Assembly (NCBI GenBank): GCA_006218065.1
Contig: VBWE01000002.1
Coordinates: forward strand, 85,973 to 149,972
DNA: 64,000 bases
Origin: Bacteroidota bacterium
GTDB taxonomy: Bacteria; Bacteroidota; Bacteroidia; Palsa-965
Direction of reading: 5' to 3'
The notes under the pieces are model-generated. The model was not told the DNA's origin, ran no database searches, and saw only the letters and a program-made list of their open reading frames with translations. The translations under genes and the position numbers were made by a program. Each line of letters starts with the position of its first letter. Positions within the stretch are counted from its first letter, which is position 1. Positions 17,221 to 27,408 of this stretch are shown here, in pieces.

Positions 17221-19656
17221 ATGAAAAACTCCGCCGCGATTTTGTTTTTCCTCTCCAGCGTAATCATCGCCCACGCCCAGTCGCCTGCCCCGGGAGTAAT
17301 CAAAGGGAAGGCGGTGGATGACAAACAGGTACCCGTTCCATTCGCTACAGTACTGCTGAAATCGGCCGGCGACTCTGCTTTATATAAAGGAGAACTCGCC
17401 GACGAGGACGGAAATTTTATACTGGAACAGGTAAAGCCCGGCAATTATTTTCTCGAACTGCGGGCGATCAATTATACGCCCGTTGTACGCAACGACCTGC
17501 GCCTGGAGGAAAACGGCCCGGGGATCGACCTGGCGAATATGATACTGCCGCCGCTTGCACAGGCGATCGGCGAAGTGGAAGTGAAAGCGGACAAGCCGTT
17601 CATCGAGCGGCAGGTTGACCGGACCGTGGTGAACGTGGAAAACAGCATCATCCATGTGAACTCTTCGGTGATCGAAGTGCTGGAAAAATTACCCGGCGTA
17701 ATGGTGAGCCAGGAAGGCATCATCAGCCTGAAAGGAAAACAAGGTGTAATCGTAACCATTGACAATAAACCGACCGGCCTGAGCGGACAGGACCTGGCGA
17801 ATATGCTGCGCGGCCTGTCCTCGTCGAATATCCAGAAGATCGAGATCATCACCAATCCCCCGGCGCGGTATGATGCTGCCGGAAGCGCAGGGATCATCAA
17901 CATCGTGATGAAGAAAAACCGGAAAGAAGGTTTCAGCGGCAGCGTGAGTGCGGGATACGGCCAGGGCCGTTATGAAAAATACAACAGCGGGGTCAACCTG
18001 GCTTTCCGCAGGAACAAAAGCAATTATTACCTGAGCTATTCTTTTTCGCACCGCAAAGGATTCAACAACCTGGTGCTGACGCGTAATTTTTTCAATGGAG
18101 ATACGCTGAACACGGTTTTTGAAACGGACGACTATATCCTTTTCCCGTTCAATACGCATACGCCGCGCATGGGCGCGGATTTCGATCTTTCTTCGCGCAC
18201 TTCGCTTTCGCTGCTGGCCACGGGCGTGGTGAATCATTTCAACCCGACGGCGAACAACCATACCGATATTTTGAACGGGCAGGATGAATTAGTCAGCAGT
18301 TACGATTTCATCAACCATTCGCAGGATAAATGGTACAACTACGCCGGCAACACGCAAATCCGCCACCGTTTTGATACCACGGGCCAGGAGCTGACGGCCG
18401 ATCTCGATTATGCGCGCTACTGGAACAATACGGATCAGCAGTTCACCACCACGCAATACGATTCGGCAGGAAACTACGCGGGACAATCGACGCTGGTGGG
18501 CGACCAGGACGGCGCACTCGTTATTTATTCGGCGAAAACGGATTATACCAAACCGCTGAAAAACAATGCGCGTTTCGATGCCGGGTTAAAATCGAGTTAC
18601 GTGGAAGCGGATAACAACGTGCTGTTCTACAATAAACAAAACGAACTGCTGGTGCTCGACAGTACGATCAGCAATCATTTCCTGTATTCGGAAAATATCA
18701 ACGCGGCGTATATCAACTACCGGAAAGAATTCAAGAAGCTCACCATGCAGCTCGGCCTGCGCGGAGAACAGACCGTAGCCAAAGGTGAGCAGCAGATTAC
18801 CGGGCAGAAATTCCGCCGCGATTACCTGCAGCCGTTCCCGTCCGTTTTCTTCGATTATAAACTCAGCGAGAAACACGGTTTGAACCTCAGCCTCAGCCGC
18901 CGCATCGACCGGCCCGCATACCAGCAGATGAACCCGTTCAGGAGACTGATCGACGCCACCACCTATGCCGAAGGAAATCCGTACCTGCTGCCGCAGCTCA
19001 CTTATAATGCGGAACTGACCTACACGTTCAAAGAATCGTTTTTCGCTACGCTCGGCTACAGTTTCACCACCGATAACATCACCGAGGCACTTATCCAGGA
19101 TAATATCAGCAGGCTGACGGTTCAGACGACCGTGAACCTGGCCCGGTTTCATTACTACAGCCTGAACCTGAATTATTCCAAAAAACTCACCGAGTGGTGG
19201 ACAACGAATACCAGTCTTTTATCTTACTACGGTATTTATACGGGAACGATCAACCAGTTCACCATCAACCAGGGAATTCCGTCGTTCTACCTGAATACGA
19301 ACAACAGTTTCCCGCTCACGAAAACAATATCGATGGAACTCGGGTTCATGTACAGTCATCGTATGCTTTATGGTGTTACCACGCTTCTCCCGAATTACAA
19401 CCTGACTGCCGGCGTACAGTTTTCGCTTTTCAAAAAACGTGGATCACTAACGATCAACGGAAACGACCTGCTCTGGAAAGCTTACCCGAGCGGTGTTACG
19501 CATTTCGGGAACGTGGACGAGTACTGGACGGCGATACGCGATACACGCCAGGTAAATATAAATTTCAGTTACCGTTTCGGAAAAGGCCAGGCCGGCCGGA
19601 TGCGCCGCAATACCGGAGCGGATGAAGAAAAGGGACGGACGAGCGTAAGCGGATAA
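17221..19656 (+). CDS. TonB-dependent receptor / outer-membrane beta-barrel protein
   Basis: N-terminal carboxypeptidase-regulatory-like domain; IEIITNPPARYDAAGSAGIINI plug; GNPYLLP; FSYRFG. Confidence 0.92.
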   Translation: MKNSAAILFFLSSVIIAHAQSPAPGVIKGKAVDDKQVPVPFATVLLKSAGDSALYKGELADEDGNFILEQVKPGNYFLELRAINYTPVVRNDLRLEENGPGIDLANMILPPLAQAIGEVEVKADKPFIERQVDRTVVNVENSIIHVNSSVIEVLEKLPGVMVSQEGIISLKGKQGVIVTIDNKPTGLSGQDLANMLRGLSSSNIQKIEIITNPPARYDAAGSAGIINIVMKKNRKEGFSGSVSAGYGQGRYEKYNSGVNLAFRRNKSNYYLSYSFSHRKGFNNLVLTRNFFNGDTLNTVFETDDYILFPFNTHTPRMGADFDLSSRTSLSLLATGVVNHFNPTANNHTDILNGQDELVSSYDFINHSQDKWYNYAGNTQIRHRFDTTGQELTADLDYARYWNNTDQQFTTTQYDSAGNYAGQSTLVGDQDGALVIYSAKTDYTKPLKNNARFDAGLKSSYVEADNNVLFYNKQNELLVLDSTISNHFLYSENINAAYINYRKEFKKLTMQLGLRGEQTVAKGEQQITGQKFRRDYLQPFPSVFFDYKLSEKHGLNLSLSRRIDRPAYQQMNPFRRLIDATTYAEGNPYLLPQLTYNAELTYTFKESFFATLGYSFTTDNITEALIQDNISRLTVQTTVNLARFHYYSLNLNYSKKLTEWWTTNTSLLSYYGIYTGTINQFTINQGIPSFYLNTNNSFPLTKTISMELGFMYSHRMLYGVTTLLPNYNLTAGVQFSLFKKRGSLTINGNDLLWKAYPSGVTHFGNVDEYWTAIRDTRQVNINFSYRFGKGQAGRMRRNTGADEEKGRTSVSG

Positions 19657-19665
19657 AGTAATCCG

Positions 19666-19896
19666 TTTAAAATTCCTCCGCAGAGCCGTTTTACAGGAAA
19701 ACAGTTGCTGCAGGTCGGAATAGATCCAGTCGGCAGCAGCAGTAGCAGTCAGCATGGCTTAAACCCGGAGTAAGTATATCTTGACGACATCCCTGTAATA
19801 CGGAGACTGCCACTGCCGACTGCCGCTGAATAAAAGACTATTCCGACGTATAATTAAAGACTTTGCTGTAAAACGGCTCTGCGGAGGAATTTTAAA
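19666..19896. mobile_element. 231-bp MITE-like element with perfect 31-bp terminal inverted repeats
   Basis: TTTAAAATTCCTCCGCAGAGCCGTTTTACAG at 19666-19696, exact reverse complement at 19866-19896; second internal inverted pair. Confidence 0.65.
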
Positions 19897-22306
19897 TTCT
19901 CACACCGATCACGCATACATCATCCACCTGGTCGAGCGAACCGCGCCAGCTTTCAAACGACCGGTTCAGCAGGTCGAGTTGTTCATCCATCGGTTTGCGG
20001 CAATTGGCGAGCAGCAGTTCCTGCAGCGGACGGTACTTGAATTTTTTTCCTTTCGGTCCGCCGAACTGGTCGGGAAAACCGTCGGTGAGCAGGTAAAGAC
20101 AATCGCCGGGCTGCACGAAAACTTCCTGCGTGCGGAAAGGCCGCGCCGAATCGAACTGACCGATCGGCTGTTTGTCGGGAGCCAGTTCTTCAATAGCCGT
20201 TCCGTCTTTGCGGATGATCCAGAGCGGGTTGTTCGCGCCTGCCCAAAGGATTTGCGAGTTTTCCCGGTTGAAACAGCAGAGCGAAATGTCCATCCCGTCT
20301 TTTACTTCACTTTCGCTTTTCGCAAATGTTTCGATGACGAGTTCGCGGACTTTGTCGAGGATTTTCCCCGGTTCGGTAATGCCGAATTCATTCACCGTGC
20401 GGTTGAGCGCGTTGGAACAAACCACGCTCACCATCGCGCCCGGAACGCCGTGCCCGGTACAGTCGGCCGCAGCGAATAGTATTAATTTACTGGTCAGGTC
20501 GAGCGGAGTCGGATTTGATTTTTCACTGGTCAGGTCGAGCGCCTGCCCGCCGTACGACTTTGGGAGGCGGGGAGTCGAGACCTCCATCCAGTAAAAATCA
20601 CCCGCCACGATATCTTTCGGCCTGTACATCACAAAACTTTCCGGCAAAAAACTCCGCCACAGTTTTTCCGGCGGAAGAATAGCATCCTGCAGGCGCTTGG
20701 CGTATGTAATGCTGTCGGTGATCTCTTTGTTTTTTTCTTCCACGATGTCGCGCTGGTGCTGCACTTCTTCTTTCTGGCGCGAAATGACGGTGTTCTGTTC
20801 GGCAAGCTGCACGTTCGCTTTCTTTTTCTGCCGGTACCCACGGAAAGCCACAGCCAGCAGCACCAGCAGCAGGAGCGAACCGATGAGCACGGCGAATAGC
20901 TGCTGCGCGCGTTTTTTATTCTGTTCGTCGAGCTTGCCGCGCTCGGCCTGTTCTTTCTGCAGCTGCACGGTTTTAACCTGCTGATCGAGTTTGAGCAGTT
21001 CGTTCTGCTTGCGGTTCGATTCCGATTCGGCTTCCGCTTTCTGCAGCTGGATCGCTTTCATCTCGGCTTCTTTGTTCAGCAGCGCCAGGGCCTGTTCTTT
21101 GCGCAGCTGGTCGGCATGGGCTTTTTCAAGTTCCAGCGCAGTCAGCCTGTTTTTCTGGCCGAGCAGTACGATCTCGCTTTCTTTCTTTTCGGTTTCGTAC
21201 TTGGTCTGCATTTCGGCCAGCGTCTTACTGCGGTCGTAATTGAAAAGCGAATCGCGGATACGGGAATTGACGTAAATAAAATCGGCGGCTTCTTTGTATT
21301 TCCCCAGGTTATAATATTCATTCCCGACATTGAAAGAAGAAGAACGCATGACCGGCAGATCGCCCACCTCGCTGCTGATCCGGTACGATTCGAGGAAATA
21401 ATCGATGGCCTTCTCTTTTTTATTGTCGCTCTTCGCCATGATCTGCCCGGCGGAATTCAGGCTGTTTGCCAGTCCGCGTTTGTCGCCAATCTCTTTCTGC
21501 AGGCTGATACATTCTTCGAGATACGTAATGGCCTGCGGGTATTCCTGGTAATCGAGATAAACATTGGAAAGATTACTGAGCGAAGCAGCCAGCGATTTTT
21601 TATCGTTCAGTTTTCGTTTAACGGCAAGTCCTTCATCCAGGTAGTGAATCGCGCTGTCCTTATTCGAGATCGCGTGGTACGCCATGCCGATATTGTTCGC
21701 GCAGATTCCCGCGCCGCGCGTATCGCCGATCTTTTTGCAGAGCCGGTACGACTGGCTGTAATAGTCGATCGCCGCTTTTTTGTTGCCGGAATAATTGTAC
21801 ACCCCGCCGATGTTCATCAGCGTGTATGCCTTGCTGCCCGCCTGCGTTTTTTCATCGTAATGCGGCAGCACCTCGAGAAAGTTTTTCAGCGCGAGATCGT
21901 ATTTCGACAGGTTGAAGTAAATGATGCCGAGACTGTTCAGGCAGGCCGAGATTCCGCCCGCGTCGGGAATCGAACGGTTGATAGCCAGCGCTTCTTCGAT
22001 ATTACTGATCGCTTTTTTGTAATCGCCGTGCTCGTCGTAATATATTCCGATGATCCGCAGGCAATATGCTTCGCACCAATTATAATTTGTTTTCCGTGCA
22101 AGTGAGATCGACTCCTGCGCGTACTTCAGGCATTGGTCGGGATCGTCATGCTGCACGGCCAGGGCCAGTTCGCGCAGGATATCGGCTTTGTCGCGGTCGC
22201 CGGCTGTTTTCAGCGCGGTTTTCAGGCTGTCGATGTTCTGGCTGCAAAGCGGGAACGCGAAAAACGTCCAGGCAAAAATGAAAGCAAAAATCCGCGGAAA
22301 CAGCAT
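19892..22306 (-). CDS. TPR-repeat membrane sensor with SpoIIE/PP2C phosphatase domain
   Basis: Signal peptide + NIDSL, TPRs, KYETEKKE coil, TM, PKDIVAGDFYW, ADCTGHGVPGA, DGMD, TDGFPDQFGG, QVDD. Confidence 0.95.
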   Translation of the reverse strand: MLFPRIFAFIFAWTFFAFPLCSQNIDSLKTALKTAGDRDKADILRELALAVQHDDPDQCLKYAQESISLARKTNYNWCEAYCLRIIGIYYDEHGDYKKAISNIEEALAINRSIPDAGGISACLNSLGIIYFNLSKYDLALKNFLEVLPHYDEKTQAGSKAYTLMNIGGVYNYSGNKKAAIDYYSQSYRLCKKIGDTRGAGICANNIGMAYHAISNKDSAIHYLDEGLAVKRKLNDKKSLAASLSNLSNVYLDYQEYPQAITYLEECISLQKEIGDKRGLANSLNSAGQIMAKSDNKKEKAIDYFLESYRISSEVGDLPVMRSSSFNVGNEYYNLGKYKEAADFIYVNSRIRDSLFNYDRSKTLAEMQTKYETEKKESEIVLLGQKNRLTALELEKAHADQLRKEQALALLNKEAEMKAIQLQKAEAESESNRKQNELLKLDQQVKTVQLQKEQAERGKLDEQNKKRAQQLFAVLIGSLLLLVLLAVAFRGYRQKKKANVQLAEQNTVISRQKEEVQHQRDIVEEKNKEITDSITYAKRLQDAILPPEKLWRSFLPESFVMYRPKDIVAGDFYWMEVSTPRLPKSYGGQALDLTSEKSNPTPLDLTSKLILFAAADCTGHGVPGAMVSVVCSNALNRTVNEFGITEPGKILDKVRELVIETFAKSESEVKDGMDISLCCFNRENSQILWAGANNPLWIIRKDGTAIEELAPDKQPIGQFDSARPFRTQEVFVQPGDCLYLLTDGFPDQFGGPKGKKFKYRPLQELLLANCRKPMDEQLDLLNRSFESWRGSLDQVDDVCVIGVRI
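20489..20583. repeat. Nested REP-like insertions inside the SpoIIE coding sequence
   Basis: ACTGGTCAGGTCGAGCG at 20489 and 20525; second copy interrupted by a 30-nt CCCGCC...GGCGGG hairpin. Confidence 0.7.
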
Positions 22307-22477
22307 AGGACAGGAGTAACAAATCAAAGATCGTGAATTCGCCCGGATAGCCCGCAGAACGACTTTTCCCCGGGCCGCCGCCCATAATTTGTAACATCCG
22401 GGAGTTTTCATGTAACCAGCGGTGCGGGATGCCGGTAAATACGGGGTATTTTTGAAAAGTTCCCAAAACCTCACCCC

Positions 22478-25400
22478 ATGAAAAAAATCTGTACGGTACT
22501 GTTGTTCTGTTTTGCAGCCCTGGGCCTTTCTGCACAGTCCGGCTGGACGATCGTTTCCCAGAATTACTGGCTCAACGATGTTTTTGCGATCGATGCGGAT
22601 ACGGTGATCGCGGTCGGAAACGGCGGAAGAGTAATGCGCTCAACCGACGGCGGACAAAACTGGAAATACCTCAAGGTTCCGACATACCTCGATCTGAACG
22701 GGGTGTATTTTATTTCGCAAACCACGGGCTACATCTGCGGCGATAATGGGATACTCCTGAAGTCCACCAACAGCGGGATTTCCTGGTCGACACAAAGCAC
22801 TTCGACGCTGAGCGAACTGGAAGATATTTTTTTCGTGAACGCGAACGTCGGTTTTATGGTCGGTGAAGGCGACAAGTTTATGAAAACCACCAACGGCGGC
22901 GTGAGCTGGACGAATAATACCGTTATCTCTTCGTTTAACTGGCTCTACGGGGTGCATTTTGTGAGTGCGGATACCGGCTGGGTTTGCGGAGCCTACGGAG
23001 AAGTTTACTACACGGCCAATGGCGGGTCGAGCTGGTCGAACAGGAGTTACAGCACAGGCTACACGTTTACTTCCGTGTTTTTTCTGAACGCAACTACCGG
23101 GTATGTTTCCGGCCTTGGTCCGGGCACGTTGCGAACAGTCAATAGCGGAACCAACTGGACCCAGACGGGCGAATTATTCAAGAAAATGTATTTCGCAAAC
23201 AGTACAACCGGCTGGGGAATAACGCACGACACGATTAAAAAAACCACGGATGGCGGGCTCTCCTGGATGGTGCAGGTCAACCCGACTGCCATACAGATCA
23301 ACGCGGTTCATTTTAACGGGCTGAACAACGGCGCGATTGCGGGATCCGGAGAAATTCTGCATACGCTTAACGGCGGTGCAAACTGGAATGTGGACGGAAC
23401 AGACGTGACCAACGCCATTTATGAAGATGCGTTTTTCGCGAACTCCGGCCTGGGCTGGGTTGTCGGGAACAACCATGTTTTCAAAACGGGCAGCGGGGGC
23501 ACAAGCTGGACGGATACGACCCTGAATGTGTTTTACATGAAGTGTGTGCATTTCATCAATCCCGATACGGGCTGGGCAGGATCGCTCGCGAGCTCGGGAA
23601 ATGGAAAACTCTGGCGTACGATGGACGGCGGAACAAACTGGAGCCTGGTCAGCAGCACTACGACAGACGATGTCTGGTTCACGGACTTCAACAACGGGTT
23701 CCGGATCAACAGCTATACTTCGCAGTTTGAAAAAACAACCAACAGCGGCGCAAACTGGACCAACATATCGTCTTTCAGCGGCTTCGAAGGAGAAATTTAT
23801 TTCCCGAACGCCACTACCGGGTATTGCTACAACAACGGAAGCCAGCATTTCAAAACGATCAACGGCGGAGCTACCTGGACAAATCCCAATCCGCAGATCG
23901 GTCTCGGCGTACATTTCGCCACGCCGCTGAAAGGCTGGGTGGTCGGCAATAATGGCATGATCCAGAGGACCAACGATGGCGGCCTTACCTGGTACACGCA
24001 AACCAGCGGAGTAAACTTTCCGCTTCATGATATTTGTTTCAGTGATGAAACGCATGGCGTTGTTACAGGGTTCAACGGCATTCTGTTGGAAACGAGTAAC
24101 GGCGGTTATACCTGGACACCGGTGGACATAACCAACCAGGAAATGTATGGAATTCATTTCCCGGACGCCGCAACCGGTTATGCCGTGGGAATGGACGGAA
24201 CGATATTGAAAAAAGACAATTCCTCTGCGCCGGTATGCGCCCTCAATTCCGATTTCACTTGTCCCGCGCAGGCATTTAACGGCGATACGCTCACGTTCAA
24301 TTTTACGGGCTACGGCGCCGCAGCATACAGCTGGACAGACAACAGCGCCGTTTTTTCCACCTCGCCGAATGCCACACTGGTTGTGAATTCGAGCGGAACA
24401 CATACCATTTGCCTTACGGTTACCAGCGGCGGATGCACGGATGTTTTCTGCAAAACATTTTCGGCTTACAACTGCGAAACGCAGTGGATTCAGAAAAGAG
24501 ATTTCTCCGGGGCCGGCAGAACAGAGGCTGCGTCATTTACCGTTGGAAGTAAAGGATACCTTGTAGGTGGCTGGAATTCGATGAGTGATACCTGGGAGTA
24601 TGATATGAATGCCGATACCTGGACGCAAAAAGCCAATATTCCCGCCGGACGATACGGAGCATACAGTTTTGCATCCGCCACGAAAGGTTATGTGGCCTGC
24701 GGGTATTCGCCATCATTTTCACTGCAGAATGATCTGTGGGAGTACGATCCAACCGGCAATTCCTGGTTGCAGAAAACAAGTTTGCCCGCTGCGGCGCGCG
24801 CGGAAGGATCGGCGTTCATGATCGGCGGAAAAGCATACCTGTGTTACGGTACCAGCACTTCTGGTTATACCCTCGAAACCTGGGAATATGATCCGGCTAC
24901 CGACAACTGGATGCAGAAATCGAATATCGGCAGCGCGGGCAAAAGATATACGGCCTCGTTTACTGTCGCAGGAAAAGGATACGTCGTGGGAGGCGCGTCT
25001 TTGTCATCCACGTACACCAATGATACCTGGGAATATGATCCTGTTTCGGATTCCTGGTTGGTGCGCGCGGTTCTCCCGGATTACCGCAGGGGTGCGATCG
25101 GGTTCGGGCATGGTCCTTACGGTTATTTGTTCACAGGGAAAAATGGTACAAACAGTTATTCCGCTTCCGGTTTTCGTTTCGACCCGGTATCCAATTCCTG
25201 GCAGCCGATGTCGTCGAACGTAGGTTCCGCCGGCCGCGAATTTGCCTGCGTGTTTCAGAATTCGTCTAGCGTGTACGTCGCTTCCGGCGCCGGGTTTAAC
25301 GGCAGCGATATGACCACCTGGCAATTTAAATTTTGCGGCCCCCCGCTTGCTGCCCAGGCAATTGAAGCGGAAGAAAGCGGACTGTACCTTTATCCGAATC

Positions 25401-25615
25401 CGGGAAGCGATATGCTTAGCTTCCGCCTCGAACACGGAGGAGAACGGATTTCGAAAATCATGCTGTATGATTTGTCGGGCAGGCTGGTGACAGAAACTGC
25501 TGTTCATGCCGTGTCGGGATCGTGTAATGTGTCTGCACTTCTGCCGGGGATTTATCTTTACAAAGCAGAGACCGATAAGAACCGGCAGCTTTACGGGAAG
25601 TGGATAAAGCGATAA
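22478..25615 (+). CDS. YCF48/BNR propellers + PKD-like + Kelch propeller protein with T9SS sorting domain
   Basis: Many TxDGGxxW repeats; WEYDP..W Kelch repeats; LYPNPG..YDLSGR..GIYLY. Confidence 0.92.
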   Translation: MKKICTVLLFCFAALGLSAQSGWTIVSQNYWLNDVFAIDADTVIAVGNGGRVMRSTDGGQNWKYLKVPTYLDLNGVYFISQTTGYICGDNGILLKSTNSGISWSTQSTSTLSELEDIFFVNANVGFMVGEGDKFMKTTNGGVSWTNNTVISSFNWLYGVHFVSADTGWVCGAYGEVYYTANGGSSWSNRSYSTGYTFTSVFFLNATTGYVSGLGPGTLRTVNSGTNWTQTGELFKKMYFANSTTGWGITHDTIKKTTDGGLSWMVQVNPTAIQINAVHFNGLNNGAIAGSGEILHTLNGGANWNVDGTDVTNAIYEDAFFANSGLGWVVGNNHVFKTGSGGTSWTDTTLNVFYMKCVHFINPDTGWAGSLASSGNGKLWRTMDGGTNWSLVSSTTTDDVWFTDFNNGFRINSYTSQFEKTTNSGANWTNISSFSGFEGEIYFPNATTGYCYNNGSQHFKTINGGATWTNPNPQIGLGVHFATPLKGWVVGNNGMIQRTNDGGLTWYTQTSGVNFPLHDICFSDETHGVVTGFNGILLETSNGGYTWTPVDITNQEMYGIHFPDAATGYAVGMDGTILKKDNSSAPVCALNSDFTCPAQAFNGDTLTFNFTGYGAAAYSWTDNSAVFSTSPNATLVVNSSGTHTICLTVTSGGCTDVFCKTFSAYNCETQWIQKRDFSGAGRTEAASFTVGSKGYLVGGWNSMSDTWEYDMNADTWTQKANIPAGRYGAYSFASATKGYVACGYSPSFSLQNDLWEYDPTGNSWLQKTSLPAAARAEGSAFMIGGKAYLCYGTSTSGYTLETWEYDPATDNWMQKSNIGSAGKRYTASFTVAGKGYVVGGASLSSTYTNDTWEYDPVSDSWLVRAVLPDYRRGAIGFGHGPYGYLFTGKNGTNSYSASGFRFDPVSNSWQPMSSNVGSAGREFACVFQNSSSVYVASGAGFNGSDMTTWQFKFCGPPLAAQAIEAEESGLYLYPNPGSDMLSFRLEHGGERISKIMLYDLSGRLVTETAVHAVSGSCNVSALLPGIYLYKAETDKNRQLYGKWIKR

Positions 25616-25658
25616 CAGGTAGTCGATCCAATGTAGCAGTACATTTAATCGCTACTAT

Positions 25659-25687
25659 GTAGGGGCGATTCATTGAATCGCCCCTAC
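25659..25687. repeat. GTAG-type REP palindrome
   Basis: GTAGGGGCGATTCA-T-TGAATCGCCCCTAC. Confidence 0.8.
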
Positions 25688-25819
25688 GAAGTATGTACTG
25701 ATAGCAATCGGTACCTATTTATGGATGCCCGGGAACATGACTGCCACTGCCGACTGTATCTGTTCCGACGAAAAACAGTCTTCCCGGGTAACGGTTACAA
25801 GGAAGAATTTAAACAAATA

Positions 25820-27406
25820 TTATTCCTCCGGCTGAGAATACCACGTACGATACCAGCGGCTGAACAGGAAAGCAATGCTGATCAGCAGCAGGGCCGCTCC
25901 GCCATACTGCGCAAGCGCGTAATGCAGATCTTCATTGGCGAAAACCCGGTCGTATTCTTCGGGAGCATCCGGGCGATACGGGTGAAGCTTGTGCATCCAG
26001 GAATAATACAGCCCGACGATGATCAGGGGAATGAAGTATGTCATCCAGAATGTAAAATTCAGCGCGATGCCTTTTACCAGGCTGCGGACCCGTGACATCC
26101 CGATGGTGACGGATATGGCGAGAAAAACCGCATAATAAACAAGCAGCACAACCAATATGCCGCGTTCATGGAAACGGGTAACCGCGAGAAACAAACCGGT
26201 AAGAATAGCGATGATGATACCGGCTAGTATCGAAAGGAAAAAAGTTTTGACGGTGGAATGCCGGAAAGCGAAGAGCAGTAAAACCTGGCAGAGTACGAAG
26301 TAAAAAGTGAACAGGGCAAGGCTTTTAACATTCTCCGTGTCGAAACGGTGCTTCCGGGACATGATGTTTTTCATCGCATGATCCATCGACCACGTATCGT
26401 ATTTCCTGTTGATATATTCCGACAGGTTCGATCCGTCGGTCGCTATTTCCACAATACCATAATAGTTATGGTTTATCACATAATTCCAGGAGCTCATCGG
26501 GAGCCGGTATTTTGCGTTCATTTTCCGTATGCGCGATGTTGCTTCTTCTTCCGAATACTTCGGATTGTCGCGATAAATAAGATAGTACAAGTCGAGCGTG
26601 GTGAACAAACGCTTGCGTGAATCGTCGTAAGCGGAATGTGACTCCGGTTCCATGGAGAACTCGTTGTAATGTGAGTACCACGGTGCGACATGCTGCAGTT
26701 TGGTAAACGTAAAAAGCACGTACGTGTTGAAATCGATTTTCTGCACGCTGTCGGCTTCCGCCATGCGCCATTCGTAATCATTCTGCTCACGCCAGGCGTA
26801 TGTCGTGCTGTTGGCCCGTGGCTCGCCATCATTCCTGGCACGGAGTTCGGCATTTTTCTGCTCGGCTTCTTCACTCGATCCGACGAGAATGATCGTATCA
26901 ATTTTGATACTCAGTTCGAAGGAATTTTTAACCAGCAGGCCTACGCAATAATTGACATCGTTGGCATCGCGGATTACTTCTTCGTCGGTAAACGTAGCAT
27001 CCGCTTTTTGTTTTTCCGTAACGAACGGAATATAGACGAGCACGGTTAAAACGAAAATCGTGAGATAAAAAACCAGGAAATTCCGGAGACGATCTCCCGG
27101 GGCGAGCGTTCCGAAGCGTTTGAACACGTTGAAACGGAAAAGATAAACTAACCAGAAAATCAGCCCGATGCCGGAAATCAAAGCGCCTGCCGTGACCCAT
27201 AAGCCCACCATGCTCGTTGAACGCGGGTCGTCGGGCATCACCAGGCATATCGCGTAAAACGCCGCCGCGAATAGCAGCGCATAATACAGCACCATATGCG
27301 TGCGTGCCGACCAGGTATCCGGATAGTTTTTCAGCAGCCACTGATCGAACCTGGAAAGCGCCTTCGGCGCAAGCGGCCGTTTCGGGAAATTATGTTCAGG
27401 GTTCAT
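25820..27406 (-). CDS. Multi-pass membrane protein, probable ABC permease-like partner
   Basis: About 8 TM segments with a large loop; starts 2 nt after the ABC ATPase stop. Confidence 0.75.
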   Translation of the reverse strand: MNPEHNFPKRPLAPKALSRFDQWLLKNYPDTWSARTHMVLYYALLFAAAFYAICLVMPDDPRSTSMVGLWVTAGALISGIGLIFWLVYLFRFNVFKRFGTLAPGDRLRNFLVFYLTIFVLTVLVYIPFVTEKQKADATFTDEEVIRDANDVNYCVGLLVKNSFELSIKIDTIILVGSSEEAEQKNAELRARNDGEPRANSTTYAWREQNDYEWRMAEADSVQKIDFNTYVLFTFTKLQHVAPWYSHYNEFSMEPESHSAYDDSRKRLFTTLDLYYLIYRDNPKYSEEEATSRIRKMNAKYRLPMSSWNYVINHNYYGIVEIATDGSNLSEYINRKYDTWSMDHAMKNIMSRKHRFDTENVKSLALFTFYFVLCQVLLLFAFRHSTVKTFFLSILAGIIIAILTGLFLAVTRFHERGILVVLLVYYAVFLAISVTIGMSRVRSLVKGIALNFTFWMTYFIPLIIVGLYYSWMHKLHPYRPDAPEEYDRVFANEDLHYALAQYGGAALLLISIAFLFSRWYRTWYSQPEE

Positions 27407-27408
27407 CT

